Source: an uncultured Bdellovibrionales bacterium
Lineage (GTDB): Bacteria; Patescibacteriota; Minisyncoccia; Moranbacterales; UBA2206
NCBI GenBank assembly: GCA_964516165.1
Contig: CAZEYB010000001.1
Location: 15,152-54,738, forward strand
Direction: 5' to 3'
Length of the DNA stretch: 39,587 nt
The position numbers were made by a program, and so were the translations under genes. Shown piece by piece: positions 1 through 8,659 of this stretch (the first letter of the stretch is position 1; every line of letters starts with the position of its first letter). Under the pieces are notes generated by a model, which had not been told where the DNA came from, did no database searches, and was given only the letters and a program-made list of their open reading frames with translations.

Positions 1-47
1 TCGTGAATAAAGAAACTCCGAGTTTGAGCGTAAAGAAAAATTAAAAA

Positions 48-521
48 ATGGTCATTTTAATAATGACAATCGCAAAAAAATTTAAGGAATTTATAAAAAA
101 GTTTTTCCTCATCGAGGATACTCCCCACAAAGTCGCCGCTGGAGCGGCACTGGGGATTTTTTTGGGAATTACTCCGGGAGAAGGCGTGATAACCACCTTG
201 ATTATAGTTTCCATTCTCCGCTTTAACCGCTTGGCCGCGATGGCTGGAGTCTTAGCTTTTAACATGTGGACTACCTTGTTTATCCTGCCTTTAGCCGCAG
301 CCGTCGGCGCTTTTTTATTCCATACCGATACGCGAGATCTAATCCAAAATTTTCATACGACTTACCATTTGGGCTTAGAATACTTTCTAAGCAAGATTAT
401 TTTATTGGATTTAGTTTTGCCTCTAGCCGCCGGTTTTATTATTGTCGCCGGCGCTATTTCCATAGTTTTCTATTTTCTTCTTTATTATCTTCTTAAGTAT
501 CATAAGATAAGATTCAAGTGA
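48..521 (+). CDS. DUF2062-like small integral membrane protein
   Basis: 157-aa ORF. A basic N-terminus is followed by HKVAAGAALGIFLGITPGEG and 3-4 hydrophobic helices, a pattern I associate with DUF2062. The antisense ORF 41..265 is discounted. Confidence 0.55.
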   Translation: MVILIMTIAKKFKEFIKKFFLIEDTPHKVAAGAALGIFLGITPGEGVITTLIIVSILRFNRLAAMAGVLAFNMWTTLFILPLAAAVGAFLFHTDTRDLIQNFHTTYHLGLEYFLSKIILLDLVLPLAAGFIIVAGAISIVFYFLLYYLLKYHKIRFK

Positions 522-531
522 AAAACATTTA

Positions 532-1233
532 TCAATTTTTTATTACCGTTCCCTGAAACTTCTTTCCGTCCAAAATATTTTTTAGATTGGCAAGATTTTT
601 ACCTTCAGTTATAACAACTTTTAAGCCTATTTCTTGAGCTAGTTTTGAAGCAATGGGATCAAAAGGGAAATTCGCGCCCGGATCCCAGCGATTGCCGACG
701 ATACGGCGGAAATTTTTCCAGTCAATATTTTTTATAATTTTCGCGTCTTTGAATTTATTCGGATCTTTGTCGCAGACATACTTGATATTTGAAAGATTAA
801 TGAGCATTTTAGCGCCGAAACGCTGGGCATGAACTGTCGCCACATAATCCGTGGACCAGCCCGGATGCCAGCCAGCGGCTACCATAATTTTTTCGCCGAG
901 AGAAAAATGCCGGATGATATTAGCTTTAGTCATAGGATTTTTATTAATTCTTGGGTGGGCATACTTCCTGAAAATAGTTTTAATCAAATGAGCGTTCAAA
1001 CGAGTAGCATGAATGCCCAGCCAATCACGGTCGTCTTTAGCCAGCTGGATTACTTTTGTCGCCGCTTGCTGGTATTCCCGCGCCGTGTATCCTCCGCCGG
1101 AGACAATCACAAACTTTTTCCCTTTTTTTATTTCTGACAAGATAAGCTTTCTGAATTCTCTCAAGAATCTCCAGTTAATAAAATAAGGAACAATGAGGGA
1201 ACCGCCGAGAGAAATGACGATGATATCTTTCAT
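532..1233 (-). CDS. pyrH: UMP kinase, archaeal-type (amino-acid-kinase fold)
   Basis: 233 aa. N-terminal IVISLGGSLI, then VSGGGYTAREY, GIHATRLNA and GWHPGWSTDYVA, which resemble archaeal-type uridylate kinase motifs. The size is right for this family. Confidence 0.6.
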   Translation of the reverse strand: MKDIIVISLGGSLIVPYFINWRFLREFRKLILSEIKKGKKFVIVSGGGYTAREYQQAATKVIQLAKDDRDWLGIHATRLNAHLIKTIFRKYAHPRINKNPMTKANIIRHFSLGEKIMVAAGWHPGWSTDYVATVHAQRFGAKMLINLSNIKYVCDKDPNKFKDAKIIKNIDWKNFRRIVGNRWDPGANFPFDPIASKLAQEIGLKVVITEGKNLANLKNILDGKKFQGTVIKN

Positions 1234-1254
1234 TTTGTTATTACATTAATATAC

Positions 1255-1641
1255 TTACTTGACGCAATTGCTGTCCGGCAAATATCCTCTGGCTTTAGCC
1301 TCATTTTCATCCTTAAAACAAATTTTGTTTTCCGATTTTATATTTTTAGCCCATCGGCAAGTTGGCAGGTGGTATTTATTTGAATTTTTACTGCCGACGA
1401 ACGCGCAATTCTCGCTGTTTATATTTTCGGCGGGCAATTTCTGAACTTCAGGAGAAATAGCCGCAGTCGCTTCGGCAGTTAATTGAGCCGAAGCCGGTTT
1501 TTCGATTATCAGAGGATTAGATTCAATTTCTCGCCCTTTTATCAAACCCGCCTCAAAAGAAATGGCCGAAACTAAAATAAAACCAAAGATCAAAATAATC
1601 TTAGATTCGTACTTCAGCCAAAAATTTTTAAGTGTTGACAT
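1255..1641 (-). CDS. Membrane-anchored protein with C-terminal Ada-like/sunset-type Cys-His domain
   Basis: 128 aa. One N-terminal TM helix (IILIFGFILVSAISF), then an Ala/Pro-rich linker. The C-terminus reads NCAFVGSKNSNKYHLPTCRWAKNI...FKDENEAKARGYLPDSNC, the YH-x3-C small metal-binding-like motif. Confidence 0.5.
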   Translation of the reverse strand: MSTLKNFWLKYESKIILIFGFILVSAISFEAGLIKGREIESNPLIIEKPASAQLTAEATAAISPEVQKLPAENINSENCAFVGSKNSNKYHLPTCRWAKNIKSENKICFKDENEAKARGYLPDSNCVK

Positions 1642-1663
1642 CGTTGTCTAAGGTTGATAATAT
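1635..1663 (+). promoter_or_regulatory. Candidate sigma70-type promoter for rpmA (TTGACA-17-TAATAT)
   Basis: TTGACA at 1635-1640 and TAATAT at 1658-1663 with a 17-nt spacer, ~35 nt upstream of the rpmA ATG. Pattern match by eye only. Confidence 0.35.
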
Positions 1664-1698
1664 ATAATTTGTAATTCGTTATTAATCATACTAATAAA

Positions 1699-1971
1699 AT
1701 GGCGCATCGTAAAGCCGGCGGATCGACTCAGCTTGGACGCGATTCGATATCAAAAAGGCTTGGCGTAAAAAAATTTGGCGGAGAGCAAGTTAAAACTGGA
1801 CAAATTATTATTCGTCAGAGAGGCACTAAATTTCACCCGGGTAAAAACGTTAAACGCGGAGAGGATGACACGCTTTTCGCCGTAAAAGACGGCCTAGTAA
1901 AATTTACTTCCAGAAAAATCAGAGATTTTACCGGAAAATTAGCGACTAGAAAAATCGTATCCGTGGAATAA
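1699..1971 (+). CDS. rpmA: 50S ribosomal protein L27
   Basis: 90 aa. [24 protein letters not shown]...[21 protein letters not shown] is the canonical L27 signature. Confidence 0.95.
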   Translation: MAHRKAGGSTQLGRDSISKRLGVKKFGGEQVKTGQIIIRQRGTKFHPGKNVKRGEDDTLFAVKDGLVKFTSRKIRDFTGKLATRKIVSVE

Positions 1972-1981
1972 TTTCGCGGGA

Positions 1982-3613
1982 TTAATCCTTTATGGCGGTT
2001 CGAATAAATTCCAAAAACAGCGGATGGGAAGTGATCGGCCGGGATTTGAATTCGGGATGAAATTGAGTACCAAGAAAAAACGGATGAATTGACTTTGGAA
2101 GCTCGACAATTTCCATAAGAATGCCATTGGAAGATTTGCCGGAGAATATCAGTCCTTTCTCTTCTAATCTGCGGACATAATCAGGATTGACTTCCCAGCG
2201 ATGCCTATGACGTTCTGATATTCGACTTCTTCCATAAGCGTTATACGCCAGCGTGCCTTTTTTAAGAACCGCCGGATAAGCGCCAAGCCGCATCGTGGCT
2301 CCGTAGTTGCTGTCTTTCAGATTTTTCTTCTGCTCCGGCATAATATCGATCACCGGATTTTTCGTTTCCCTGTTTATTTCAGTCGTATTAGCGTCTTTAA
2401 GCCCCAGCACATTTCTGGCGTATTCAATAACCGCTAGTTGCATTCCGTAGCACAAACCGAGGAAGGGAATTTTATGAATGCGCAAAAATTCAATGGCTTT
2501 TATCTTTCCTTCCACGCCTCTCGCGCCAAATCCTCCCGGAATAATAACACCGTCATATTCTTTCAAATCTTCCAGCCGACTTGGGTCCTTTTCAAAAAGT
2601 TCGCTGTTTATCCAATTGATTTCAGGCTTGACCTTATTTTCATAAGTCGCGTGCTTTATGGCTTCCAGAACGCTGATATAGGCGTCAGAAAAGATAAAAT
2701 CTCCGGTTCCGAAATATTTTCCCACCACTCCAATTTTCACCTTGCCTTTGGCATTTTTTATATTATCCACCAGATTATACCATTTTTTAAGATCAGTTTT
2801 CTGGTAAGGCAGGCTAAGTTTTTTAAGTATCAACCGGCTTAGGTCGTCTCGTTCAAAATTCAAAGGCACTTCATAAATGCTTTCGATGTCTGGCGCGGAA
2901 ATCACGTATCTCTCGGGGATATTGCAAAACATGGCAATTTTTTCCTTTCTTTTTTTATCCAAAAAAGTCTCGCTTCGGGCGATAATAACGTCTGGCATAA
3001 TTCCAGCGCCGTTTAATGTCCTCACGGCATATTGCGTCGGCTTAGTTTTCATCTCTCCTACTTTGGAAGGAATCGGCAGATAGCTTACCATAATAAAAAT
3101 AACGTCTTCCGGATGTTTTATCTTCATTATGCGAGCCGCTTCCAAGAAAAGAATGTTTTGGTACTCGCCTACCGTTCCTCCAATCTCCACTAATGTTATA
3201 TCAGATTTAGCTTTATTAGAAGCCTTTTTTATCCGATCAATAACCTCCAGAGGAATATGCGGCACTACTTCAACGCACTTTCCGTTATATTCCAAATTCC
3301 TTTCTTTATGAATAACTGTTTCGTAAACGCTTCCGGTAGTCATATAATTGCCGCTGGGTAAAGTCACACTCAAAAATCTTTCATAATTTCCCATATCCTG
3401 ATCGGTTTCATAGCCGTCATCCAGAACAAAAACCTCTCCATGTTCCGTCGGATTCATCGTTCCCGCGTCCACGTTAATGTAAGGGTCAATTTTTATGGCG
3501 GTAACATTAAATCCGCGCGCTTTAAGAATCGCTCCGATGGAAGAAGTGGTGATTCCTTTCCCTACCCCGCTCATCACTCCCCCGACGATAAAAATATATT
3601 TCCTGACTTTCAT
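1982..3613 (-). CDS. pyrG: CTP synthase
   Basis: 543 aa. N-terminal synthetase motif GGVMSGVGKGITTSSIG. C-terminal glutamine amidotransferase with GLCYGMQL (Cys nucleophile), HRHRWEVN and QFHPEF. Confidence 0.95.
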   Translation of the reverse strand: MKVRKYIFIVGGVMSGVGKGITTSSIGAILKARGFNVTAIKIDPYINVDAGTMNPTEHGEVFVLDDGYETDQDMGNYERFLSVTLPSGNYMTTGSVYETVIHKERNLEYNGKCVEVVPHIPLEVIDRIKKASNKAKSDITLVEIGGTVGEYQNILFLEAARIMKIKHPEDVIFIMVSYLPIPSKVGEMKTKPTQYAVRTLNGAGIMPDVIIARSETFLDKKRKEKIAMFCNIPERYVISAPDIESIYEVPLNFERDDLSRLILKKLSLPYQKTDLKKWYNLVDNIKNAKGKVKIGVVGKYFGTGDFIFSDAYISVLEAIKHATYENKVKPEINWINSELFEKDPSRLEDLKEYDGVIIPGGFGARGVEGKIKAIEFLRIHKIPFLGLCYGMQLAVIEYARNVLGLKDANTTEINRETKNPVIDIMPEQKKNLKDSNYGATMRLGAYPAVLKKGTLAYNAYGRSRISERHRHRWEVNPDYVRRLEEKGLIFSGKSSNGILMEIVELPKSIHPFFLGTQFHPEFKSRPITSHPLFLEFIRTAIKD

Positions 3614-3620
3614 AACCGTA

Positions 3621-3642
3621 TAAAAAGCCGCTCCCCCGCGAC
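3621..3642 (-). terminator. Weak hairpin plus U-tract after rplI and 8 nt upstream of the pyrG start
   Basis: The minus-strand RNA reads GUCGC-GGGGGA-GCGGC-UUUUUA. That is a 5-bp stem including one G-U pair, a 6-nt loop and a U5 tract. It is the only terminator-like structure I found near a gene end. Confidence 0.25.
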
Positions 3643-3672
3643 TTTAATTTATTTTATAAAGTTAGCTCAAAA

Positions 3673-4113
3673 TTATTCACCGGATACTTCTAGATCGATT
3701 TCGGTCGTAATGTCTCCGGCTAAATTTATTCTGATTCTGTAGTTTCCGATTTTCTTGATTGCTTCTCTTATTATAATCGAGTTTGGTTCAATTTCAAAAT
3801 TCTCTTTTTTAAGTCCATCGCTTATATTCTTGGCGGTCACCGAACCAAAAAGTTTTCCGTCTTCCTCGCGCGATTTTATGATAATTTTCCTGTTTTTTAA
3901 TTTTTCCGCCAGTTTTTCCAAACCTTCATTGAGAGTCTTTCTAATTACCGCTTCTCTTTCTTTTTTAAGTTGAACGTCTTTTATGGCATTTTCCGTGGCT
4001 AATTGAGCCAGTTTTTTAGGTAGCAAAAAATTCCGGGCATAACCATCCGCCACATTTTTTATGTCGCCTCTCTGACCTGAATTCTTTAAGTCTTGGAGTA
4101 AAATCACTTTCAT
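3673..4113 (-). CDS. rplI: 50S ribosomal protein L9
   Basis: 146 aa. MKVILLQDLKN.G.RGDIKNVADGYARNFLLPKKLA is the canonical L9 N-terminal domain. Its start shares 1 nt with the upstream stop (TAATG). Confidence 0.9.
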   Translation of the reverse strand: MKVILLQDLKNSGQRGDIKNVADGYARNFLLPKKLAQLATENAIKDVQLKKEREAVIRKTLNEGLEKLAEKLKNRKIIIKSREEDGKLFGSVTAKNISDGLKKENFEIEPNSIIIREAIKKIGNYRIRINLAGDITTEIDLEVSGE

Positions 4114-5369
4114 TATAAACTCATTTTACTTTTTATTATTTCCATTGCTTTATCCAGTTGCGGGTCGCGATTATTGTTGTAGTCGTCGGAAGTCATATCC
4201 ACCTCCACATCGGGATTAATGCCTGTTTCCATAATATAATCTCCGTTCGGCGTTAGCCATTTAGCCACGGTGATTTTTACGCTGGAACCTTCGGGAAGGT
4301 CAATAAGTTGCTGGACGCTTCCTTTGCCAAAAGTTTTTTTCCCGATTAACGTTAATCCTTGATTGTCTTTTAGGGCTCCCGCCAGAATTTCCGCCGCGCT
4401 GGCGCTTCCTTCGTTAATCAGGACAACTGTTAGAATAGAACTTAATTTATCGCCGCCGGAAGTGTAGAGATTTTCTTTTCTCCCCGCGCTATCCTCTTCC
4501 GTCACTACAACTTTACCTTTGGGAATTATCCGACTGGCTACGGCAACGGATTTATCCAATAACCCTCCGGGATTATTTCTAAGGTCTAGTATCATACCCT
4601 TGACCTCCTTAGAAATAATGGCATCCGTAGCTTCATTGAATTCTTTATCCGTATTCTCCGAAAACTTTGTGATCTTAATCTGCGCGATATTATCATCTTT
4701 GAACTCAATTTTGACGCTTTTTATTTCTATTTTATTTCGTATTATAACGATTTCTCCGGTGTCTCGATCCCCTTCATGAAAAATAGTCAGCTTTACTTCC
4801 GTTCCCTTCTTGCCTCGAATAATATCAACGGCTTGATCAATAGTCAAATCCGCCACGATTTTATCATTGACTTTTAATATTTTGTCTCCGGGTCTGATCC
4901 CGGCTTTTTGAGCCGGAGAATCTTCCAGAGGAGCGATAACCGTCAAAATATCGTCTTTCATGCCCAGCTCCGCTCCAATTCCTTCAAAACTTCCTCTAAC
5001 ATCTTGAGAAAAAGATTGACTTTCTTCAGGATCAAAAAAATTACTGTAAGGGTCTCCGGTAGCTTTAAGCATGCCGTTAATGGCTCCGTAAACTAATTTC
5101 TGGGCATTTAAATTATCCCTGCTTATATGTTTCTCTTTTATCAAATCCCAGACTTTCCAAAAGAGCGAAAAATCAATCTTTTTATCTTCAGAAGGCAATC
5201 GGCTCTCAATAATTGCCTGATTTAACGGAATATTTTTGACATTACTGGAAACATTCTGTCCTTTTTTGTAACCGACAAAAAAACTCCCGAATATTAAAAA
5301 AACAATAACAAAAAAAGTGAGATATCTCTTAAGCAGTTTCCGACCTATTTGCTGATTCATGTTTTCCAT
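4113..5369 (-). CDS. ctpA: S41 family carboxy-terminal processing peptidase with PDZ domain
   Basis: 418 aa. N-terminal TM anchor, PDZ-like GIRPGDKILKVND, catalytic-region motifs LINEGSASAAEI and GKKTFGKGSVQ. Confidence 0.85.
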   Translation of the reverse strand: MENMNQQIGRKLLKRYLTFFVIVFLIFGSFFVGYKKGQNVSSNVKNIPLNQAIIESRLPSEDKKIDFSLFWKVWDLIKEKHISRDNLNAQKLVYGAINGMLKATGDPYSNFFDPEESQSFSQDVRGSFEGIGAELGMKDDILTVIAPLEDSPAQKAGIRPGDKILKVNDKIVADLTIDQAVDIIRGKKGTEVKLTIFHEGDRDTGEIVIIRNKIEIKSVKIEFKDDNIAQIKITKFSENTDKEFNEATDAIISKEVKGMILDLRNNPGGLLDKSVAVASRIIPKGKVVVTEEDSAGRKENLYTSGGDKLSSILTVVLINEGSASAAEILAGALKDNQGLTLIGKKTFGKGSVQQLIDLPEGSSVKITVAKWLTPNGDYIMETGINPDVEVDMTSDDYNNNRDPQLDKAMEIIKSKMSL

Positions 5370-5371
5370 TT

Positions 5372-6202
5372 TCAGTTGTGTTTCGGCAACGGCTGGCCTA
5401 AGTATTTTCTAAAATACTTAACGGCGCTCGCTATATGCCACCAAGTTAATTTATTGAATAAGAGCGATCCTACCACGTTTTTACCGGCTGAACCTTTTCC
5501 ATGGTAATGGTACATTTTAGCTTCGGGATAATAAATAACTTTATAGCCATTGCTCCAAAACCTCCGACACCAATCCGTATCCTCTAAATACATTTTATAG
5601 CGCGTATCCAAATAACCGACTTTATCGACAGCTGCTCTGGAAGTCATTAAGGCTGATCCCATCAACCAATCTACTTCTTTAATACTTTTAAGATCAGCGT
5701 CTTTCATTAAAAATTTTGCCAGATGATTTTGGGCAAATTTCATTTTTCCCAAAAAAGTCCGCCGATAAACTATGGTCATGGGCTTATAAAATCTGAAACA
5801 AGAACTTTGAGACGTCCCGTTGAAATTGAGAAGTTGAGGACCAACGATGCCTGTTTCGGGATGATGGCAGATATAATCTAAAAGTTTACTTATGGAGTTT
5901 TCCAACATTATTATATCCCCGTTCATTACCAGAAGATATTCGCCTTTAGCTGTTTTCAAACCCTTATTGACCAGCTTTGCAAAACCAGTATTTTTCCTAA
6001 AGGGGAAAAAAATAACTTCTGGAAAATTCTCCCGCATCATGAGTTTCATATCTTCCTCCGTGGCGCTGTCTGATACGATTATTTCGTAGTTTTCCACCCG
6101 GCAATATTTTTTAATTGAATCGAGACATTCCTTGAGAAGTTGGGAATTTTTATAATTAGTGACTATTATAGACAGTTTCATCCGGCTATTCTCTGAATTC
6201 AT
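5372..6202 (-). CDS. Glycosyltransferase family 2 (soluble, GT-A fold)
   Basis: 276 aa. LSIIVTNYKN, YEIIVSDSAT, GFAKLVNKG, LLVMNGDII and a later EDTDWCRR-type motif typical of rhamnosyl/galactosyl GT2 enzymes. Confidence 0.8.
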   Translation of the reverse strand: MNSENSRMKLSIIVTNYKNSQLLKECLDSIKKYCRVENYEIIVSDSATEEDMKLMMRENFPEVIFFPFRKNTGFAKLVNKGLKTAKGEYLLVMNGDIIMLENSISKLLDYICHHPETGIVGPQLLNFNGTSQSSCFRFYKPMTIVYRRTFLGKMKFAQNHLAKFLMKDADLKSIKEVDWLMGSALMTSRAAVDKVGYLDTRYKMYLEDTDWCRRFWSNGYKVIYYPEAKMYHYHGKGSAGKNVVGSLLFNKLTWWHIASAVKYFRKYLGQPLPKHN

Positions 6203-6204
6203 AT

Positions 6205-7479
6205 CTATATCTTAGGATTTATATCCGATTGCCTTGCCGCGCTGTTAAAAATATCCCGGGCCATTTGATGAATTCGATCATAATTATCCCCCCGCGGAAG
6301 GAGGATATATCCAGCCGCGCTTTCTCCCGGATAATACAACAGGCCCTCTTCGCTATCCTCCAAAACTCTTTGATAAATTTCCGCGTTGGGAATTTGTTTA
6401 TATATTTCATACAGCCTCTGCATTTCCCAAAGGGCCATATCCGTCCTGACATTATCGCCGAGGCTGTTGAGTATCCCGTTAATTTTTCCGAAATCGCTAA
6501 GAGTCCCGACGCTTAGCATTTTTTCCTTAACTAACTGGATCACCAGTTGCTGGTGCTTGGCTCTCTCAAAATCGTTGGTGGTGACACGGGATCTCGCAAA
6601 ACAAAGCGCCTGCTCGCCATTAAGCGTCTGGCGTCCAGCCGGAAGCTTGAAATCTCCTCCGCATTCAGTATTAGGATTAGTGCAAAGAGGATATTGCTTA
6701 ACGACTTTCATATATCCGCTTCTATTCGGTCTGTTATTGCAATAGGTCGGCGGCTGTAGCGTATAGGATATTCCGTGAGATACTGTCGCAGGCTTGACAT
6801 CGAACTTACACTCGTACATCTGCAAATTCCGCTCATTTTTAAATGGTACGGTAAAGATCTGACTGTCGCAAACATGCGGTTCATTAAATTGCAAGGGCTC
6901 TTCAAAAGGCTTATCCAGCGTAATATCAATTCCTCCAATAGCGTCTATCAACTGCTTAAATCCGGCAAAATTGATATCGACTGCGTAATGGATCGGGAGA
7001 CCAGTAACTTCGCCAACGATAGTTTTCATGTCAATCAGCCCTTGACCGCTCTTTTTATCCTCGCCGTAGGAATAAACAGCGTTTATTTTCTGTTTATCCT
7101 GCGTCCCCGGAACAGTCACGTACAAATCCCGCGGGATGGAAATCATCGCTACTTTATTTTCCTTCGAAAGAATACTGGCGACAATTATCGTATCCGCCAA
7201 TTTTCCCCCGCCCGGCATATTTTCTCCCCGCATCCCGATAAGCAAGATATTTATTCTTCCTTCCGCTTCACCCTCCAGCTCGTCTTTCACACCGGGAATA
7301 TTATGAATTAAGCTTTGTATTAAGCTCCCTTTAGTGACTTTATTCAATATACTGCCAGCTTTCCAAGCAAAAATTCCTCCACCGATCACAAGAAGAATGA
7401 TGATAGCCGCGATAATTTTAAACCAGGTCCTTTTATAAAATTTAGACTCGTTTTTCAAATTATTTCCGAAATATGACAT
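6205..7479 (-). CDS. LytR-CpsA-Psr (LCP) family glycopolymer ligase with a Cys-rich insertion
   Basis: 424 aa. N-terminal TM, then INILLIGMRG, ADTIIVASI, ISIPRDLYV and LNGEQALCFARSR core LCP motifs. An extra ~80 aa with 5 Cys lies between the last two conserved blocks. Confidence 0.85.
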   Translation of the reverse strand: MSYFGNNLKNESKFYKRTWFKIIAAIIILLVIGGGIFAWKAGSILNKVTKGSLIQSLIHNIPGVKDELEGEAEGRINILLIGMRGENMPGGGKLADTIIVASILSKENKVAMISIPRDLYVTVPGTQDKQKINAVYSYGEDKKSGQGLIDMKTIVGEVTGLPIHYAVDINFAGFKQLIDAIGGIDITLDKPFEEPLQFNEPHVCDSQIFTVPFKNERNLQMYECKFDVKPATVSHGISYTLQPPTYCNNRPNRSGYMKVVKQYPLCTNPNTECGGDFKLPAGRQTLNGEQALCFARSRVTTNDFERAKHQQLVIQLVKEKMLSVGTLSDFGKINGILNSLGDNVRTDMALWEMQRLYEIYKQIPNAEIYQRVLEDSEEGLLYYPGESAAGYILLPRGDNYDRIHQMARDIFNSAARQSDINPKI

Positions 7480-7510
7480 AAATTAGTTTATTCAATTAAT
7501 TTGACAATGT

Positions 7511-8659
7511 TTATATTCTACCCGAACCGGAATCTTTGTCAATTAAGAGATCAGCCAGTTTTTCGGCTGTTTTCTTCCAAGAAAAATCCTTAACCCGTTC
7601 TTTGCCTTTAGCTATCAACGTTCTTCTTAAGGCACTATTACCGGTCAACTCAATCAATTTATTTGATAATTCGCCGGCAATTTCCGGATTGAAAAAAAGA
7701 GCCGCGTCGCCTGAAATTTCCTTATGCGCCGGGATTGCGGAAACAATTGCCGGAACACCCGCGCTCATAGCTTCTAAAATCGGAATGCCAAAGCCCTCAT
7801 AAAGCGAAGGAGAGCAAAAAATTTCAGCGGATTTGATAACGGCGGCTTTGTCATTTTCATTGATAAACCCAGGGAAAAAAACCTTATCTTCCAGTTCGTA
7901 TCTCTTTACAATCTCATCGATTCTGCAATCGTAATTGCGCCCTTTTTCTCCGGCAATAACTAATTTCGAATCTCCTTTGAAAAGAACAAAAGCTTCTACC
8001 AGTATCGGCAAATTTTTTCTCGGCTGGAGCGTTCCCAAATAAAGAATAAATTTTTCCGGCAAATTATATCTTCGTTTTACTTCTTCAATTTTTTCTTCTG
8101 AAATATTCTGCGCCAAAAAATCTTCTGAAACCGCGTTATAAATCCAGATTATTTTCTCCGGGTTAATTTTATAAAACTTAATTATTTCGTCTCGGGTAAA
8201 CCGGGAAACCGCGATAATTTTGTCCGATCTTTTAAGGCTTAGCGGAATTAGAGTCTTCAAAAAAAACAAATCTGATTTCTTTATAAACTCGGGATAAAAA
8301 TTAAAGGAGATGTCATGAATAACGGTCAAAATTTTTATTTTTTTCGGAACAAACCAAGGCGTTATATATTGCGTGAGATACGCATCCACCGGATTCTTTC
8401 TAAATTCCCTTTGGAGCGTCCAAAAATTCCAAATAAATCTGTTTTTCGCCGGAAGAGAAATAATTTCAAAATTATTTTTATCCGCGATTCCCAAATCCTC
8501 TTTTATTTCGGAAATTTTATTTTCATCGGTTATATCGGTAAATAATTTATATTCGTTTTTAATGTCGATTACGGACAGGTTCTTAACCAAATTGAAAAAG
8601 ACCACTTCGTCGCCGGTTCTATGTTTGCCGATATTTCTGATGTCAATGCCGATTTTCAT
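7511..8659 (-). CDS. Glycosyltransferase family 4 (GT-B fold)
   Basis: 382 aa. C-terminal E-x7-E region SLYEGFGIPILEAMSAGVPAIVS, plus LGTLQPRKN upstream. Confidence 0.85.
   Translation of the reverse strand: MKIGIDIRNIGKHRTGDEVVFFNLVKNLSVIDIKNEYKLFTDITDENKISEIKEDLGIADKNNFEIISLPAKNRFIWNFWTLQREFRKNPVDAYLTQYITPWFVPKKIKILTVIHDISFNFYPEFIKKSDLFFLKTLIPLSLKRSDKIIAVSRFTRDEIIKFYKINPEKIIWIYNAVSEDFLAQNISEEKIEEVKRRYNLPEKFILYLGTLQPRKNLPILVEAFVLFKGDSKLVIAGEKGRNYDCRIDEIVKRYELEDKVFFPGFINENDKAAVIKSAEIFCSPSLYEGFGIPILEAMSAGVPAIVSAIPAHKEISGDAALFFNPEIAGELSNKLIELTGNSALRRTLIAKGKERVKDFSWKKTAEKLADLLIDKDSGSGRI

Noticed and set aside
1-47. Possible 3' end of an upstream plus-strand gene (tcg tga at 1-6)
   Set aside because: Only two codons are visible, so it cannot be supported.
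6229-7311. Plus-strand ORFs 6229..6516, 6386..6745, 6547..6759 and 6775..7311 inside the LCP gene
   Set aside because: They are antisense to a CDS with clear LCP motifs, with low-complexity, Arg/Ser/Leu-rich translations typical of shadow ORFs. The same reasoning applies to the other nested track ORFs, for example 829..1137, 2438..2842, 19237..19596, 22287..22682, 25647..26003 and 30721..31053.
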